Source: Octopus vulgaris
Taxonomy: Eukaryota
NCBI GenBank assembly: GCA_951406725.2
Contig: OX597825.1
Coordinates: 34,782,001 to 34,846,000, forward strand
Direction: 5' to 3'
DNA: 64,000 bases
Shown one piece after another: positions 12,616 through 25,724 of the stretch. How positions within the stretch are numbered: position 1 is the first letter of the stretch; the number at the start of each line of letters is the position of its first letter. The position numbers were made by a program, and so were the translations under genes. The notes beneath the pieces are model-generated. The model was not told the origin of the DNA and ran no database searches. It worked only from the letters and a program-made list of their open reading frames with translations.

Positions 12616-12836
12616 CCCTTTTGTTACCAACCCGGCTGAAACCGGCTCTGGCTCTGTAGTACAAATGTCTTATTTTCATAAGTTTTGAATTCAAATCTTC
12701 CACCAAATCTTAGTCACAATTTATGTTCCTAACACTAGCTGAATGATAACTAAGTTATTTTACTAAATTCTTTGTTATATTTAAAGTAATTGAAAGAAAC
12801 ACAGAGCATCTCAAAATAAATATAGTAACTAAAGGG
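12616..12836. mobile_element. piggyBac-type MITE
   Basis: TTAA|CCCTTT ... AAAGGG|TTAA. Confidence 0.85.
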
Positions 12837-13029
12837 TTAAGCAACCATTGATATGTTACCCTTTATATGAAAGTCTTTCATACAAGGAGTAACATACTAG
12901 TTGTTGCTTAAAGAGTTCAAGTAAATCTTTCAAGATGGTGCCCCATCATGGCCACAGTCCAACAACAGAAAGAAGAAAAAGATGAAAGATATATATTGAT
13001 GATGACAATAACGCACACAATATCCTTAC

Positions 13030-13256
13030 CCTGTTTAGACATTCATTGAGTGGTTTCTCTTGATTCAGTGGTGTTCGTTGCAGCAAAATGTAAGAGGTCT
13101 CTTTCAGCAGAGGAAAGACACTGAGCAGAATCAAAGCAGCAATGAAGACGGAACATATGGGATCAGCGACATTCCACCCAAAGTTCTCAATCAAGATTGA
13201 GCTGACAATTACCCCAACACTCCCTAGAGTATCAGCAAGGACATGGAGGAACACAC
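13030..13256 (-). CDS. SLC30A5: SLC30A5 coding exon 14
   Basis: cag|GT...AGG|gtaagg; GVFLHVLADTLGSVGVIVSS...WNVADPICS, the CDF TM5 HxxxD zinc site. Confidence 0.97.
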
Positions 13257-13444
13257 CTGGAAAAGATGGAGACAAATTCCTTTCAATAATGAACATGATT
13301 TATCAAAGAACAAAGGATTCCATTTGCATTTAAGGATTGCCATACAGTTTAAGGACAAAAGCTAATCCATATTGTTGATTTTGTTACTGCAGTTAGCTCC
13401 CGGTCAGACCTCATTGAGGAGGCCTATTACACTGTGTATTTTTT

Positions 13445-13890
13445 ATTTTTGGTCAGTAAGTGTTATTTCCTATTTGCTTCTATCTAGAAATCAAAGAAAA
13501 TGACTACTATTCCCTTCAAACTTTGCTTTTGTGACCAGGACATCAATGTTTTGAAACGGACCTATTTTCCATTACATTTCAGATAGATTCAGTTTCGAGT
13601 AGATGAAGCAGAAATTTCATTATAGCAAATATTCTGCTTAATATCACAGATTTGCTTGTCAGCTGCTTGACCTTAAACACTTGATCATGTCCCTTAATGG
13701 CTGACAATGTGTGCATCTCTAATTATGAGTAGGAGTAATGAGGGAGCATCAAAGCCATGTGTTGAAAGAGATTCTTTGGGATTTGAATAAATGTCACATA
13801 AGCAAAGTCTGAAGGAAATATTAGCCATTTTTCATACTTCCTAGGGATAAGCAAATAGGAAATAATAGTTACAACCCAAGGACAAAAATA
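13445..13890. mobile_element. Non-autonomous DNA element with imperfect TIRs; inverted copy at 19135-19570
   Basis: Ends tgttatttcct ... aggaaataata; internal sequence is the reverse complement of the 19.1 kb copy. Confidence 0.7.
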
Positions 13891-14496
13891 GGGTCACACA
13901 GAGCTATCGAAAACATTCCAAACATGACTAACTTACCTTTTATCAGACAAGCATTATGCATTGTGTGCTTCCTGGAGGGGGTGGGGCTTTGGCATTATGC
14001 AAGATGGAGGGACTATTGTATGCTCCTCTCCTCATCCCCTTTTTTTGCAGCATATTAGGTTAGGGTGCTTGATTCCATGCAAAAAATCCGTGTTTTTTTT
14101 GGTTTTTTTCTTAGTGAAAATCGTGTGTAAAAATTTACCTTTTGTCTTTCTTTTGCGCCATAGCTAGATAGGGGACTTAACTCATGTTAGCAAACGAACG
14201 GATTTCACCGAAAGTGGTAAATGGTAAAAGTTATGGTTGAAAATCGATTTTTACTGCTATCCACAGGTGCCGCGGGTAAAATAAGTTGACAAAAACACAG
14301 CCATAATCGTGACCAATGTCCTCCTAAAATTGGAGTGACATGCATGCTAATTTGTGGACGTGCATAATTACATTCACGTACACTCACACACATCCTGACT
14401 CTCGTAGATATAGATAAATAAGCTTTACATTTGACAAAGTAATCTGAATGCGAAAGGGTTAATCAGATGATTAATAAAACAAAAAAGTTACATTAC

Positions 14497-14755
14497 CTTG
14501 CATATTGGTGTTTAAATGAGGATGTCCATGTTGTGTGGGTTGATGATGAGGATGGTGGTGATGACCATGAGGTGAATGATGATGTGTACTGCTACTGGAT
14601 GACCCATGTGCATGACCATGGCCACCACAACTACTGGAAGATTCTTTCTGACTGTGACTGTGACTATGTCCATGTCCGTGTCCGTGTCCATGACCATGAG
14701 AATGGAAGACAAATATTCCGACCAAATTTACCAACAAACCCAAGACAGAAATTGT
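14497..14755 (-). CDS. SLC30A5: SLC30A5 coding exon 13 (His-rich loop)
   Basis: cag|ACA...CAAG|gtaatg; TISVLGLLVNLVGIFVF then HG/HS repeats to LNTNMQG. Confidence 0.96.
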
Positions 14756-15472
14756 CTGAAATAATATTAATTATAATAACAAAAAAAGTTTGAAGAACAA
14801 TATTAAATGCTGCAAACATAGAAACAACAATACAACAAACACTTTAAGGCTTTATCGTCTCTGAAAATAAGGGTTAGACAAGCACCATGACAACCTTCTC
14901 CAAATTTTTCAGTGTGGCTGCACTTGTTGTGCTTGTAGTAATAGTGAAAGCCACACTAATTCTCACAACCATGGCAATGGCTGTGCTACTGTTTGTGCCC
15001 ATTGTCGTGCTTACTGTCAGTCCTTCCTTCCAATTTTTTCAGTTCCCTACATCCCCTCTCACCAACCTATAGCCCTTCAATTCCTCTTCCACGATCTTCA
15101 ACCAAATTTCTTTGGGTCCACCTCTTCCTCTACTTTCTTCCACATTCACTTCTATTGCTCCTTTCACCCATTCATTTTCGTCTTTTCTCAATACTCAGCC
15201 AATCTTCACATCCATCACTAGCTCACTTCCTCTACTCTCTCACTCTTTCTCTCAATAACACTCAGTTCATCCAACAGACCCATTCTCATTTCCAGTTTTC
15301 TCTGTTGCTTGATGTTCAATTCCCACATCTTACTTCTCACACATGTAACATACACCACCTCTCTCAGTTTCAGCAATGCTCCCCAACTCATTAGATTTTC
15401 AAACATGGGTACAAGATCAAATTTTGGCAAAGGGATATAATCTATGCAACTGACCTCAGAACTTAACCTACT

Positions 15473-15777
15473 GTTTGTTTGTTCCTTCTTGAGCCATGCC
15501 TAGCTCATAAGGGCCGGTTTCCCGGTTTCTTGGCGTATAGGTTCCCCACCTGGACGGGATGCCAGTCCGTCGCAGGTGAGCTGCAAGATGCAGGAGGAAA
15601 GAATGAGAGAAAGTTGTGGCGATGAGTCAGCAGAAGTTTTGCCATTACCTTCTGCCGGAGCCATGTGGAGCTTAGGTGTTTCTCTCATAAACACACACAT
15701 CGCCTGGTCTGAGATTTGAACCTGCGATCCCTCGACCACGAGTCTGCTGCTCTAACCAGTAGGCCATGTGCCTCCAC
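15473..15777 (-). mobile_element. Full-length tRNA-derived SINE (Meta-domain-like) with 13-bp TSD
   Basis: TSD aacttaacctact at 15460-15472 and 15778-15790; A-box tactggttagagc, B-box ggttcaaatc. Confidence 0.85.
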
Positions 15778-16273
15778 AACTTAACCTACTAGAAACAACT
15801 GATACTTGACCTACTAGAAACAACAGCCAAATCTCTGTGAAATTTTCATTCCTGCTCACATTCTTCATACACATTGATTGTGGTGATATTGTTTACCCTA
15901 GTCAAGCATTTCTATAAAAAAAAAAAGTGTTCCATCTATGACCATCCCATCTTTTATCAGTCATAGTGCATTTGTGACTACATTATATAGCACAGTCAAC
16001 TATATAAAGGTTCTCTTGTTGATGTGAACTGAAAGCAAAATCAACTCTGGAAACTTAAATATAAGTTACCTAGTCTGGTGCTCTACCATTTCTGCTATTT
16101 CTCTGAGGAGATATTAACCATTTCAGCAAAAGATACCAATGAAATAAGTAGTAGACTTTATAAAAAAAAAAGTACTGGGATTGATTTGATCAACTAAACC
16201 CTTTAAGTTGGTGCCTTAGCATGGCCACAGTCCAATGAGTGAAATAAGATAAAGATAAAACATGTGAGCTTAC

Positions 16274-16403
16274 CAAAAGTCTTTCTGTACGAATTTCAGG
16301 AGGTTCAAACAAGCGTGCAATGGCTTCGGTGAAAACAAATAATGCAATAATAATAAGGAAAAGTCCATTAACAAATCCTGAGAGGACTTCCACTCTGTCA
16401 AAT
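16274..16403 (-). CDS. SLC30A5: SLC30A5 coding exon 12
   Basis: cag|ATTT...TTG|gtaagc; FDRVEVLSGFVNGLFL...ARLFEPPEI including the PP motif. Confidence 0.96.
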
Positions 16404-16644
16404 CTGAAAATAAAAAAATTGTGGGGAAGATGTAATGTCAATGACACTAGATTTCACTTTGTACTTCAACTACAATTTGTTTAAACAATTACAGTTTACT
16501 GGAACAATTTTCTTTAGAGTTTCAGCTATTGCGATTCAATCAGTTACATTTTATTTCAGTTAAAAATTCACCTTAGTAAATTACAAATTGCTTTAATAAC
16601 AAATTTATTTAAATACGTTACATTTTTTAGCAATTATAGTTTAA

Positions 16645-17181
16645 CCCTTTAGCATTTAAACTGGCCATATCCAGACCAGATCTTCTACTTGTTTTATGTT
16701 CAAACCAGTCAAATCTGACCTCTTACATTTACCCAATAATGTCATTCTAAAACCAAACAATCATGTCATCAAAGTTTTAAAGCTGTGAGATAATACATAA
16801 CATATTCAAAACCATGTGAATAAATAAGTATTACATTCAACAGAAGGTGCATGGCTTAGTGGTTAGGGCTTTGGCTCACGATTGTAAGGTTGTGAGTTCA
16901 ATTCCCAGTGAGCAAGACACTTTATTTCACATTGCTCCAGTCCACTCAACTGGCAAAAATGAGTTGTACCTGTATTTCAAAGGGCCAGCCTTGTCACACT
17001 CAGTGTCATGCTGAATCTCCCCGCGAACTACGTTAAAGGTACACGTGTTTGTGGATTGCTCAGCCACAAGCACATTAATTGCACGAGCAAGCTGTTCCGT
17101 TGATTGTATCAGCTGGGACCCTTGTCGTTGTAACCGACGGAGTGCTCCTACATTCAACAGAATAGTCTGAATGCTAAAGGG
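16645..17181. mobile_element. piggyBac-type MITE with nested SINE
   Basis: TTAA|CCCTTTAGCATT ... AATGCTAAAGGG|TTAA; SINE 16846-17148 inside with 14-bp TSD tacattcaacagaa. Confidence 0.85.
16846..17148 (+). mobile_element. tRNA-derived SINE
   Basis: A-box tggcttagtgg, B-box gagttcaattcc, 14-bp TSD. Confidence 0.85.
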
Positions 17182-18421
17182 TTAAGCAATTATGATTTAC
17201 TTAAAGTAATTATTATATGCTTTAAACAATTACATTTAAATTTTACCTTTAAAGACAAAACTTACATGGAAGAAAACAGAATAATTTTTATTGAGTGTTT
17301 TGAGTGTTATACTTTATATAACCTTAACTATGAAATGAAATCAAAGAAATAATTGAAATCTTTAACTTAAAGAAACTGTTATGAAAATCTATAAATTTAT
17401 AAAAGAACATTTATCAAACATGGAATTTTCAAGGGTTCCTGATAAAATAATAACAATAATCATATCTAACACACACACGTGTGTGTGTGTGCACATGCAC
17501 GTGTAGGCATGTATATAGTTAAATGAACTAAACCTCAATAGTTGACTGATGGTTTGCTGTTTGTCTTTCCAGAGTTCATAAAATAAAGTTGACCATGATA
17601 GGATTTCAATCCAGAACAAATAAATTCCATTCCATATTGAGTCTAACACTCAATGAATTCTGTCATAATAATAATGGTTTCAAATTTTAGCACAACGCCT
17701 GCAAGTTTGGGGGAGGTAGTAAGTCAATAATAGTGACTCCAGTGCTCAACTGGTACTTATTTTATTGATCCCAAAAAGTTGACAAAGTCAACCTCAGTGG
17801 AATCTGAATTCAGGATGTAAAGATGGATGAAATGCTGCTAAGCATTTTGCCCAGAATGCCAACCATTCTGGCTTTGTAGTAGTAGTAGTAATAATAATGG
17901 TTTCAAATTTTGGCATAAGGCCAACAATAGGCAGGGGATAAGTCGATTACATTGACCCCAGTGCTCAACTTCTTTTTTTCAACCCAAAAAAGAATGTAAG
18001 GCAAAGTCGACCCTGGCAGCATTTGAACACAGAATGTAAAGATGGACGAAATACTACTGAGTATTTTGTCCAGTGTGGTAACGATTGTGCCAACTCACTG
18101 CCTTAATAATAAAAATTCTTTCTACGATTAACCATAAGGCCTAAAATTTTGTGTGGGGGAGGCTAATCAATTACACTGACCCCAATGTAATTGGCCCTGA
18201 AGAGATGAATGGTAAAAATCAACTGATGTCTTATATGGAAACCACTAGGCCACACATTTCCAGGGGATGGAACAGTTGATTATATCAATCCAATATTTGA
18301 CAGGTACTTATTTTATTGACCCTCGATGAATAAAAGGATATGATGATTATAATATGATTTAAGTTCAAAATGTAAATGGGTCATGACTAAAAACCACAAA
18401 GCTTTGATAATTCTGCCATCA

Positions 18422-18637
<216 letters not shown>

Positions 18638-19134
18638 TCAGGTATTGTATTTTCTGGAATACAAATCAGTGCAGCATATAGTCTAAACTAGTTGTGCAAA
18701 CAATCAAACATTGTCACTATCTTTCCAAATCCTGCTGCATTTCACATGGAAGTTTGGGTTCCTCAAAGACATTCTGGTGTAATAAGGCAACCCAGTTTTT
18801 TTTTATTGTAAATTTTAGTCATCTTACAAATTTGACTAGTAAATATGCAATGAAGGTTAGCAATCTTGGTGTGATGTCAGTTCATTCTTTAACCTTTGTC
18901 ATCTTCTCCTTAATACACTAAGCCCCACATTAATGACTGACACTAACTTCACTCTTCTGTAGAGATAAAATAACTAAGTGGATAAGGTATTGGTATATGT
19001 GTTCAAAAACCACGAGTTCAAAACAGCTGCAAGTATCACTGAGTTTCCTTACTTCCTTTTCCTTTCATTTTCTAAAAGAAAAAAAAAATTCTTTTTTTTA
19101 AATACATGAATAGGTTATACATTACAGTGTAACA

Positions 19135-19570
19135 CAATTTTTGTCCTTGGGTAGCAACTGTTATTTCCTATGAAACTATGAAAAATGGCTAATATTTCCT
19201 TCAAACTTTGCTTTTGTGACATTTATTCAAACCATAAAGAATTTCTCTCAGCACTTGGCTATGATGCTCATCCACTACTTTTGCTCATGATCAGAGAAGC
19301 ACATATCGTCAGCCACTAACGGAAAAGCTCAAGTTTTTAAGGTCAAGCAAATGACAAGCAAATCTGTGGTATTGAGCAGAATATTTACTATAATGATATT
19401 TCTGTTTTGGCAACTCAATGCAGAATGTGTGAAATGTAATGGAAAATAGGTCAGTTTCAAAACATTGATGTCCAGGTCACAAAAGCAAAGTTTAAAAAGA
19501 ATGGTAGCTATTTCCTTTGAATTCTAAATAGAAGCAAACAGGAAATAACACTAACCAAAGACAAAAATAA
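19135..19570. mobile_element. Non-autonomous DNA element, inverted relative to 13445-13890
   Basis: Reverse-complement similarity along its whole length. Confidence 0.7.
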
Positions 19571-19646
19571 AAAAATAAAAAATTGTTACACAGTGTTATA
19601 AACTCAGCGTGAAAGGATTAAAACAATGAAAATATATCCGTCCTAC

Positions 19647-19852
19647 CATGTTAATACACAGGAAGTAAAATATTTTCCTGGAATCTGATTCTTCTAGAAT
19701 ATGTCGTAGGCCACCCTTCAGCAAACTTAGAATGGAGGTGGAAGTTTTGTGGAGTGCTTCCCCTGTGATGCTATAAAGTGGCATCCCTGCAGGTGAGTAC
19801 CCAATGAAGCTCATTTTCGAACCTCGACTGGGAGATATTAGAATATAAGTAG
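19647..19852 (-). CDS. SLC30A5: SLC30A5 coding exon 10
   Basis: cag|CT...ATG|gtagga; IGYSPAGMPLY...ILEESDSRKIFYFLCINM. Confidence 0.96.
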
Positions 19853-21566
19853 CTGGAAATGGACAGAAACAAATAGATAAGTCCGTTTTAAGGCTTCACA
19901 GATTCATTAGATTCAAACACAAAATACAATGAATAATTATTTTGGAACAGTGGATCTCGGAGCACATATAAAGTTATATATAATGGCTTCGAATTTTGGC
20001 ACAAGGCCAACAGTTTGGGAGAAGGGAATAAGTCAATTACATCAACCCCCAGCACTCAACTGAAACCTATCTTATTGGCTCTTAAAGGATGAAACGCAAA
20101 GTCGACTTAGGTGGCATTTGAACTTAGAATGACAGGCAAAATGCTGTAAAGCATTTTGCCCAGCATGCTAACAATTCTGTCAGCTTGCCACCTTATATAA
20201 AGGCTACAAATAATGTGTAAATATTGGATTGGAAAACCCATTCAAATAGAAAAAGTCAAAAGCTGCTCCTGAGATGTGAACCCACATCATCTGCAGACAT
20301 AACAGGCCTTCGACATTTACTATCCAAAAGGGTTTTTCAATCCAATATTTATATGCTATTAATTATAGCTTTGTGCACTTCAAGATCCACTGTTGCAAAA
20401 CAAGGTTTCACATTCTCTTGAAAGTTTATCAGTTCTTATGACATCAACAACACAGTGAATAATATTTCATTTTCAATAATTAACTAGTAATAATTTCAAA
20501 AGTGTATAGAGTCTAAGATTACAATACTAATTGGAAACAGAAATATATATTTTGAAAATAATTAATAGATATCCTTGGCTGTCAGGACTGTGAGACAAGT
20601 GAGTTCAAGGATCCAGTATTTGGGAATGTAAGAGTTATAATAATAATAATTCTGTCTAATTTTGGCATTATGCAAGCAATTTTGAAAGGAGGGGTAAGTT
20701 GATTACATTGCTCCAGTACTTGACTGGAAACTGATGCAGCCTACCAGCACAAAAATTTTCATGCATGCACAGGAAGGGTGGCATCACCTCCCATCCAAAG
20801 GATTTTACCCACATGGCATTAGTTTTGGAGGGAAAAAAATGAAGTTAGATACTTTTTGAATGCACCTTGTATTTCAGGTGCACTAGAATTCTAAAGGCCT
20901 GTGACTAAATATCACCAGGAATTTTGTCCAATGCTTAACTAATTCTGTCAATCCACTATGCTATTCAGGATATGAATATTAATAGCCCTTAATAATCATC
21001 GTCATCATCATTTAACAACCCTTTTCCTGTGCTAGCATGGGTTGGATGTTTTGGCAGGAACTGATGAATCAGAGAGTGGAAATGAGCTCCAATGTCTGCC
21101 ATGGAATGGTTTCTAAAGCTGAATGCCTTTCCTAATGCCAATCATCTCACAGAGCATACTGGGAGCTTTCCTGATGGCACCAGCACTAGTGAGGTCACTG
21201 GGTACTTGCAAGACAAGACTCCTCCACTGAGTTGGGTATAGTAAAGAGGGATATGAAAGTATTGTACAGAGACAAGGACAGGTGTGTCTTGCTGGAGAGG
21301 TGAATACATAGCATCCCCAGCTAGAAAGAGGGAGAAAGATGGTGAAGAAATACCATCAAGGTACAAAGTGAATTTGAGAGAGAATAGGGCTGGGAGAGCA
21401 GGAAAGGTAGGTGGGTAGGTGAGTGCACTAGTATGTGATATAATTAGAGATGGGGATTGAGGAGGATACTGTGAATATCAGTTATGGGGAGGAGAAATGA
21501 AGAAAATAGGAGGAAATGATAAAGGACAGCAATATAGTCTAAATGGTAAAGAGAAGTAATACATAC

Positions 21567-21855
21567 ATATTAAGAAAGCACATATACTGAAGAGTACTCC
21601 TGCAGAAAGTATGTGGTCCTCAGTGATAATCTCTTTCAGTTTGTCCATTGTAGTGATGCGAGCCATATAGGGATGGTTCCAGCTCACACTGATAAGCAAA
21701 GCGAATATGAAAATAGCATATGAACCATATGCTGCTGTGTGTGCATTCTGTAAGTGATTGTTGACAACAGCTGTGACATAGTAGTCAACAATGAAGGTGA
21801 AGAACACCACCAAGATGATGGGGAATAGAAGGTACAAAGTAGACTGTACATCATT
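21567..21855 (-). CDS. SLC30A5: SLC30A5 coding exon 9
   Basis: cag|AAT...T|gtatgt; LLFPIILVVFFTFIVDYY...SWNHP...EDHILSAGV. Confidence 0.93.
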
Positions 21856-22414
21856 CTGAAAGAGATAAGTTAGGTAGTCATAATACAATGGCAGTCAGAG
21901 GACAATGAAATCAAACAGCTCATGCACATTTGTCTCTTTTTCTCTAATAAATATATCAGCATCGTCATTTGCACAGGTCAGATTTTCTATGGTTGGATGC
22001 AATTCCTGCTGCTGACCTTCACCTGTTTTTGACTAAAGTGATATTTTCCCTAATTCATCAAACACAAACAGGTCAATGACTTCATTTTTGCACAAATGGT
22101 GACTTTGTATCTCTTTTGTCTTGACATCATGCACTAACTGTTAACAGACACACACACGCACACACACACACATATACTCATGCGTGCACGCACACACACA
22201 CAAGCCTTTTCCAATTTCTGTCAACCAAATTCACACAAAAGGCTTTGGTTGGCTCAGGGCTAGAGAAGCAGACACTCGCCCCAAGGTGCTGTGCAGTGGG
22301 ATGGAATCTAAGACCACATGACTTCAAAATAAACTTCTTAACCACACCCACATATCATGCATGTTGTGAACCAGTGATTCTCAACCATTTTTTTTATCTA
22401 TGAACCCTTTTAAT

Positions 22415-22574
22415 AACCCAGGTTCAAAATTTCCCCAAGACATCTGATGAAGGCTGGAGGGTATATCAGCCAAAACATTGTGTTAACAACAAACAAAATG
22501 AGGACAAATTTCCGTCAATTGTAAATAATGTAAATAAATAATGTACGTAATTCCTCATCTCTTAAATATAGAAC
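22415..22574 (+). mobile_element. 5'-truncated copy of the hammerhead-bearing SINE family
   Basis: Same body as 29771-30016; CTGATGA at 22444-22450; ends with tail cttaaatatagaac. Confidence 0.8.
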
Positions 22575-22600
22575 TGTGATAATAATCCTTTCTACTATAG

Positions 22601-22859
22601 CAGGGATTTCCAACCAGGGTCCATGAGTAAAAAATTGTAATTTATAGGTCCATATATAATTTTGTTTACTAGAAGTAAAATTTTCAAGATTTGTATTTGG
22701 AATTTGTTATGAATATAATGAAATTGTTTCATTGTAAGATTTTACTAACCTACAAACAAATATTTTATTTCAAAAATTTACATGTGCATATATGGGGTCC
22801 ACAGATGATAAGATATCTCTCAGTGGGGTCCACAAGCAAAATAAGGTTGGGAACTATTG
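22601..22859. mobile_element. hAT-type MITE inserted in a SINE
   Basis: cagggatttccaacc ... ggttgggaactattg termini; decayed 8-bp TSD tactatag/tgttatag. Confidence 0.55.
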
Positions 22860-23859
22860 TGTTATAGGCACAAGACCCAAAATTTTGTGAGCAAGCACTT
22901 GTTGGTTACATTGACTCCAGTACTTTCCTTTCTACTATAGGAACAAATCCTGAAATTTTTGGTGGAGGGGCTCCTTGATTACATTGATCTCAGAGATCAA
23001 CTGTGATACGTATTTCATGGGATGGAAAGCAAAGTCAACCTCAATGGAATTTGAAATCAGAACATAACAAAAGACAAAACACCAAATGCTAATGATTCTG
23101 CCAGCCTGCTGCCTTAGTAATAATAGTAGACATATTATTATCAAACTTGTTCTAACTATGTCTATTCTGTTTTTCCAGACAATTAATCTTAGACTACATT
23201 ATCCAACATCTTCAATAGTTTTCTTTTAAAACTGTAGAAGGTGATTTGGTTGTTATTTCTAGCAGAATAATTGATCATGTATAGATTTACTTGAATCTAT
23301 TGTTTAGTCTTGATACGAAAAAAGATTTTTTGCTTGGCACAATTCCAATTTTATTGGAGCAAAAAGAATATTCTTGTAGCGTAATATCAGTATATCACTG
23401 GGACTTTGATTATCTATCCTAAAGAAGAAATGAGAAACATGTCAAGTTTGGTGTCATTTATATTCAGAAGAGGGATGGACAAAGAATACTTTTAAGTCAT
23501 GTAATCCATCTTGTCTTCATGTGTAACAACACCATACATTACATCATCAAATAACAATAATATTGTGTTTTTTTTTCCTTAAATTTTGAAGGATTAGAAA
23601 ATTGTGATGCTCAGAGACCTTTTTATCTTTTGTCTGTTTCAGTCATTTGACTGTGGCTATGTTGGGACACTGCCTTGAAAAACTTTTAGTTGAACAAATT
23701 GATCCTAGTACTTATTCATCTTCTAAGCCTAGTACTTATTCTATTGTTTCTTTTCTTTCTTTTTTTTTTTTTTGCTGAAATGCTACGTTATGGGGATGTA
23801 AACAAACCAATACTAGTTGTCAAGTGGTGGTGGGGACCAAACACAAACACAAAGACACA

Positions 23860-23893
<34 letters not shown>

Positions 23894-24193
23894 TACCCAT
23901 ACGATGGGTTTCTTTCAGTTTCCATTTATCATATCCACTCACAAGGCTCTGGTTGGCCCAAGGCTATAGTAGAAGACACTTGCCCAAGTGTCACACAGTG
24001 GGATTGAGCTATGAACTATGTGGTTGGGAAGCAAGCTTCTTACCTTGAAGCCATGTCTGCATCTATGATATGAGTAAAATGTTTAAACAAAGAACTGAAT
24101 ACATGTTATAGAGTCAGCTTAAGTTTATCTTTTAGCAAATAACACACATAGCAAATAACAATAACAACAAAGAAGAAAATGCCAGTGACTTAC

Positions 24194-24364
24194 ATCAATG
24201 CTGATGTAGAGAAATAAGGCCCATGGAAAGAGAAGCAGTCCTGAGACAAAAGTAGATAGGGCATGAAGTCGTTTTGCACCCCCGAGGTCAATGGAGAGTT
24301 TTTTTGAAGCATTATCAAATCCTGTCTGAAGGCAGAGAGTCAGAAAGAGCAACACTACTCCACC
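24194..24364 (-). CDS. SLC30A5: SLC30A5 coding exon 8
   Basis: cag|GGT...GAT|gtaagt; GGVVLLFLTLC...ASKKLSIDLGGAKRLHALS. Confidence 0.96.
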
Positions 24365-25287
24365 CTGAATAAAAAAAAAAACAGAAATTTTTTTTTAATT
24401 AGAAATTACACCAAATAAACTACCAGAATTGGTAGATCTAATTACAATAACAATAATAATAGTAATAATAATAATAATAAAACTTACTGTATATAGTGTA
24501 CAGGTGTACTACAACTTATCAGAAAAAAATAACCAAATCTGCATGGACAGTACATAGAAAATGCAGGAAGTGAACAGTGAATAAGTCTTAAAAAAAACTC
24601 AAGGTAGGATGCATCAGGTATACTGTGGGCAAATTTCAGAAAGCATGGATGGAAGTTTTGAAGGATGTAGTGTCTCAACAGCTGATAACTGATGAGAATG
24701 GTTTATTCCATGCTTCAGCAAAATATGTGTGAAAATATGTTTCTGAAAGTTATGGGTGTAGTGTTAATTTTGATTTTGTAAGCGTTTTTTATGAGTATTA
24801 GACATATGGAATTCAAAAAGGTACCCAAGGTTGTTGAAAAGATGGTGGATAATCTTGTGGGTGTTGCAGGCAATAATCAGATTAAAAATGATAACAGAAG
24901 AAAAGTATTTGTAATGAAGAGATATTATATATGGAGGCATAATCTGGATGGTTTTAGTGCATAATTAAATCCCATGGTTAAACCATAGAGTTTTTCAGGG
25001 GCCTAATTTATTGTGACTCTAAATACATCATCATGCAACATCATTTAACATCTATTTTTCCATAACTGCATGGGTCAGATGGAATTTATTGAGGTACATA
25101 TTTTCTATGGCCAGATGCCTTCCTGTTACTAACTCATACCTGCTTCCAAGCAAGGTAATATTTCCCATTTCTCAAGGCCAGATATGTTTACCATGGAAGA
25201 CTGGAAATGAACAACACTTTCATGTCAGTGATGCTCATTTACAATATATCTAGACAAAGATACACACACACACACACACGCATAAAT

Positions 25288-25695
25288 ATTGTTAAAAAAG
25301 TAAATAAAGTTGGAAAAGCACAGAAGTATATTTTAAAGAATGTTTGATATTTTCATTACAGTGAGTGATTTAAAATATAACCGATTTCAATGTATCCATC
25401 TCATCAAATACTAGAAAGAGTTTGGAAGTCAGAAAGAAAAAAACATTTGGTGGGAGTTTAACAGTATGTACCTGTATTTGAATTCCTAGTGTTCCAATAT
25501 GGGTACAAATATAGCTACAAACTGTCGAACCTCCACCAATTTTTTTTTTCTGACTTCCAAACAAATTCTAATATTTGATAATACAGATACATTGAAACCA
25601 GTTAAATTTTAACTCACTCACTGTAACAAAAATATTAAACATTCTCTCTAATATACTTCTGTGCCTTTTCCAACTTTATTTACATTTTTAACTAT
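25288..25695. mobile_element. Palindromic MITE-like element with ~110-bp inverted arms
   Basis: gttaaaaaagtaaataaagttggaaaagcacagaagtata... mirrored by ...tatacttctgtgccttttccaactttatttacattttta. Confidence 0.7.
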
Positions 25696-25724
25696 AAATT
25701 TTTTATTTGTATGGACTGTTAACT

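Noticed and set aside
14467-14793. Asp/Val/His-rich plus-strand ORF
   Set aside because: Antisense shadow of the His-rich SLC30A5 exon.
16846-16915. tRNA gene
   Set aside because: A/B boxes are present but the sequence continues into a SINE body with a TSD; no intact cloverleaf tRNA was found in the window.
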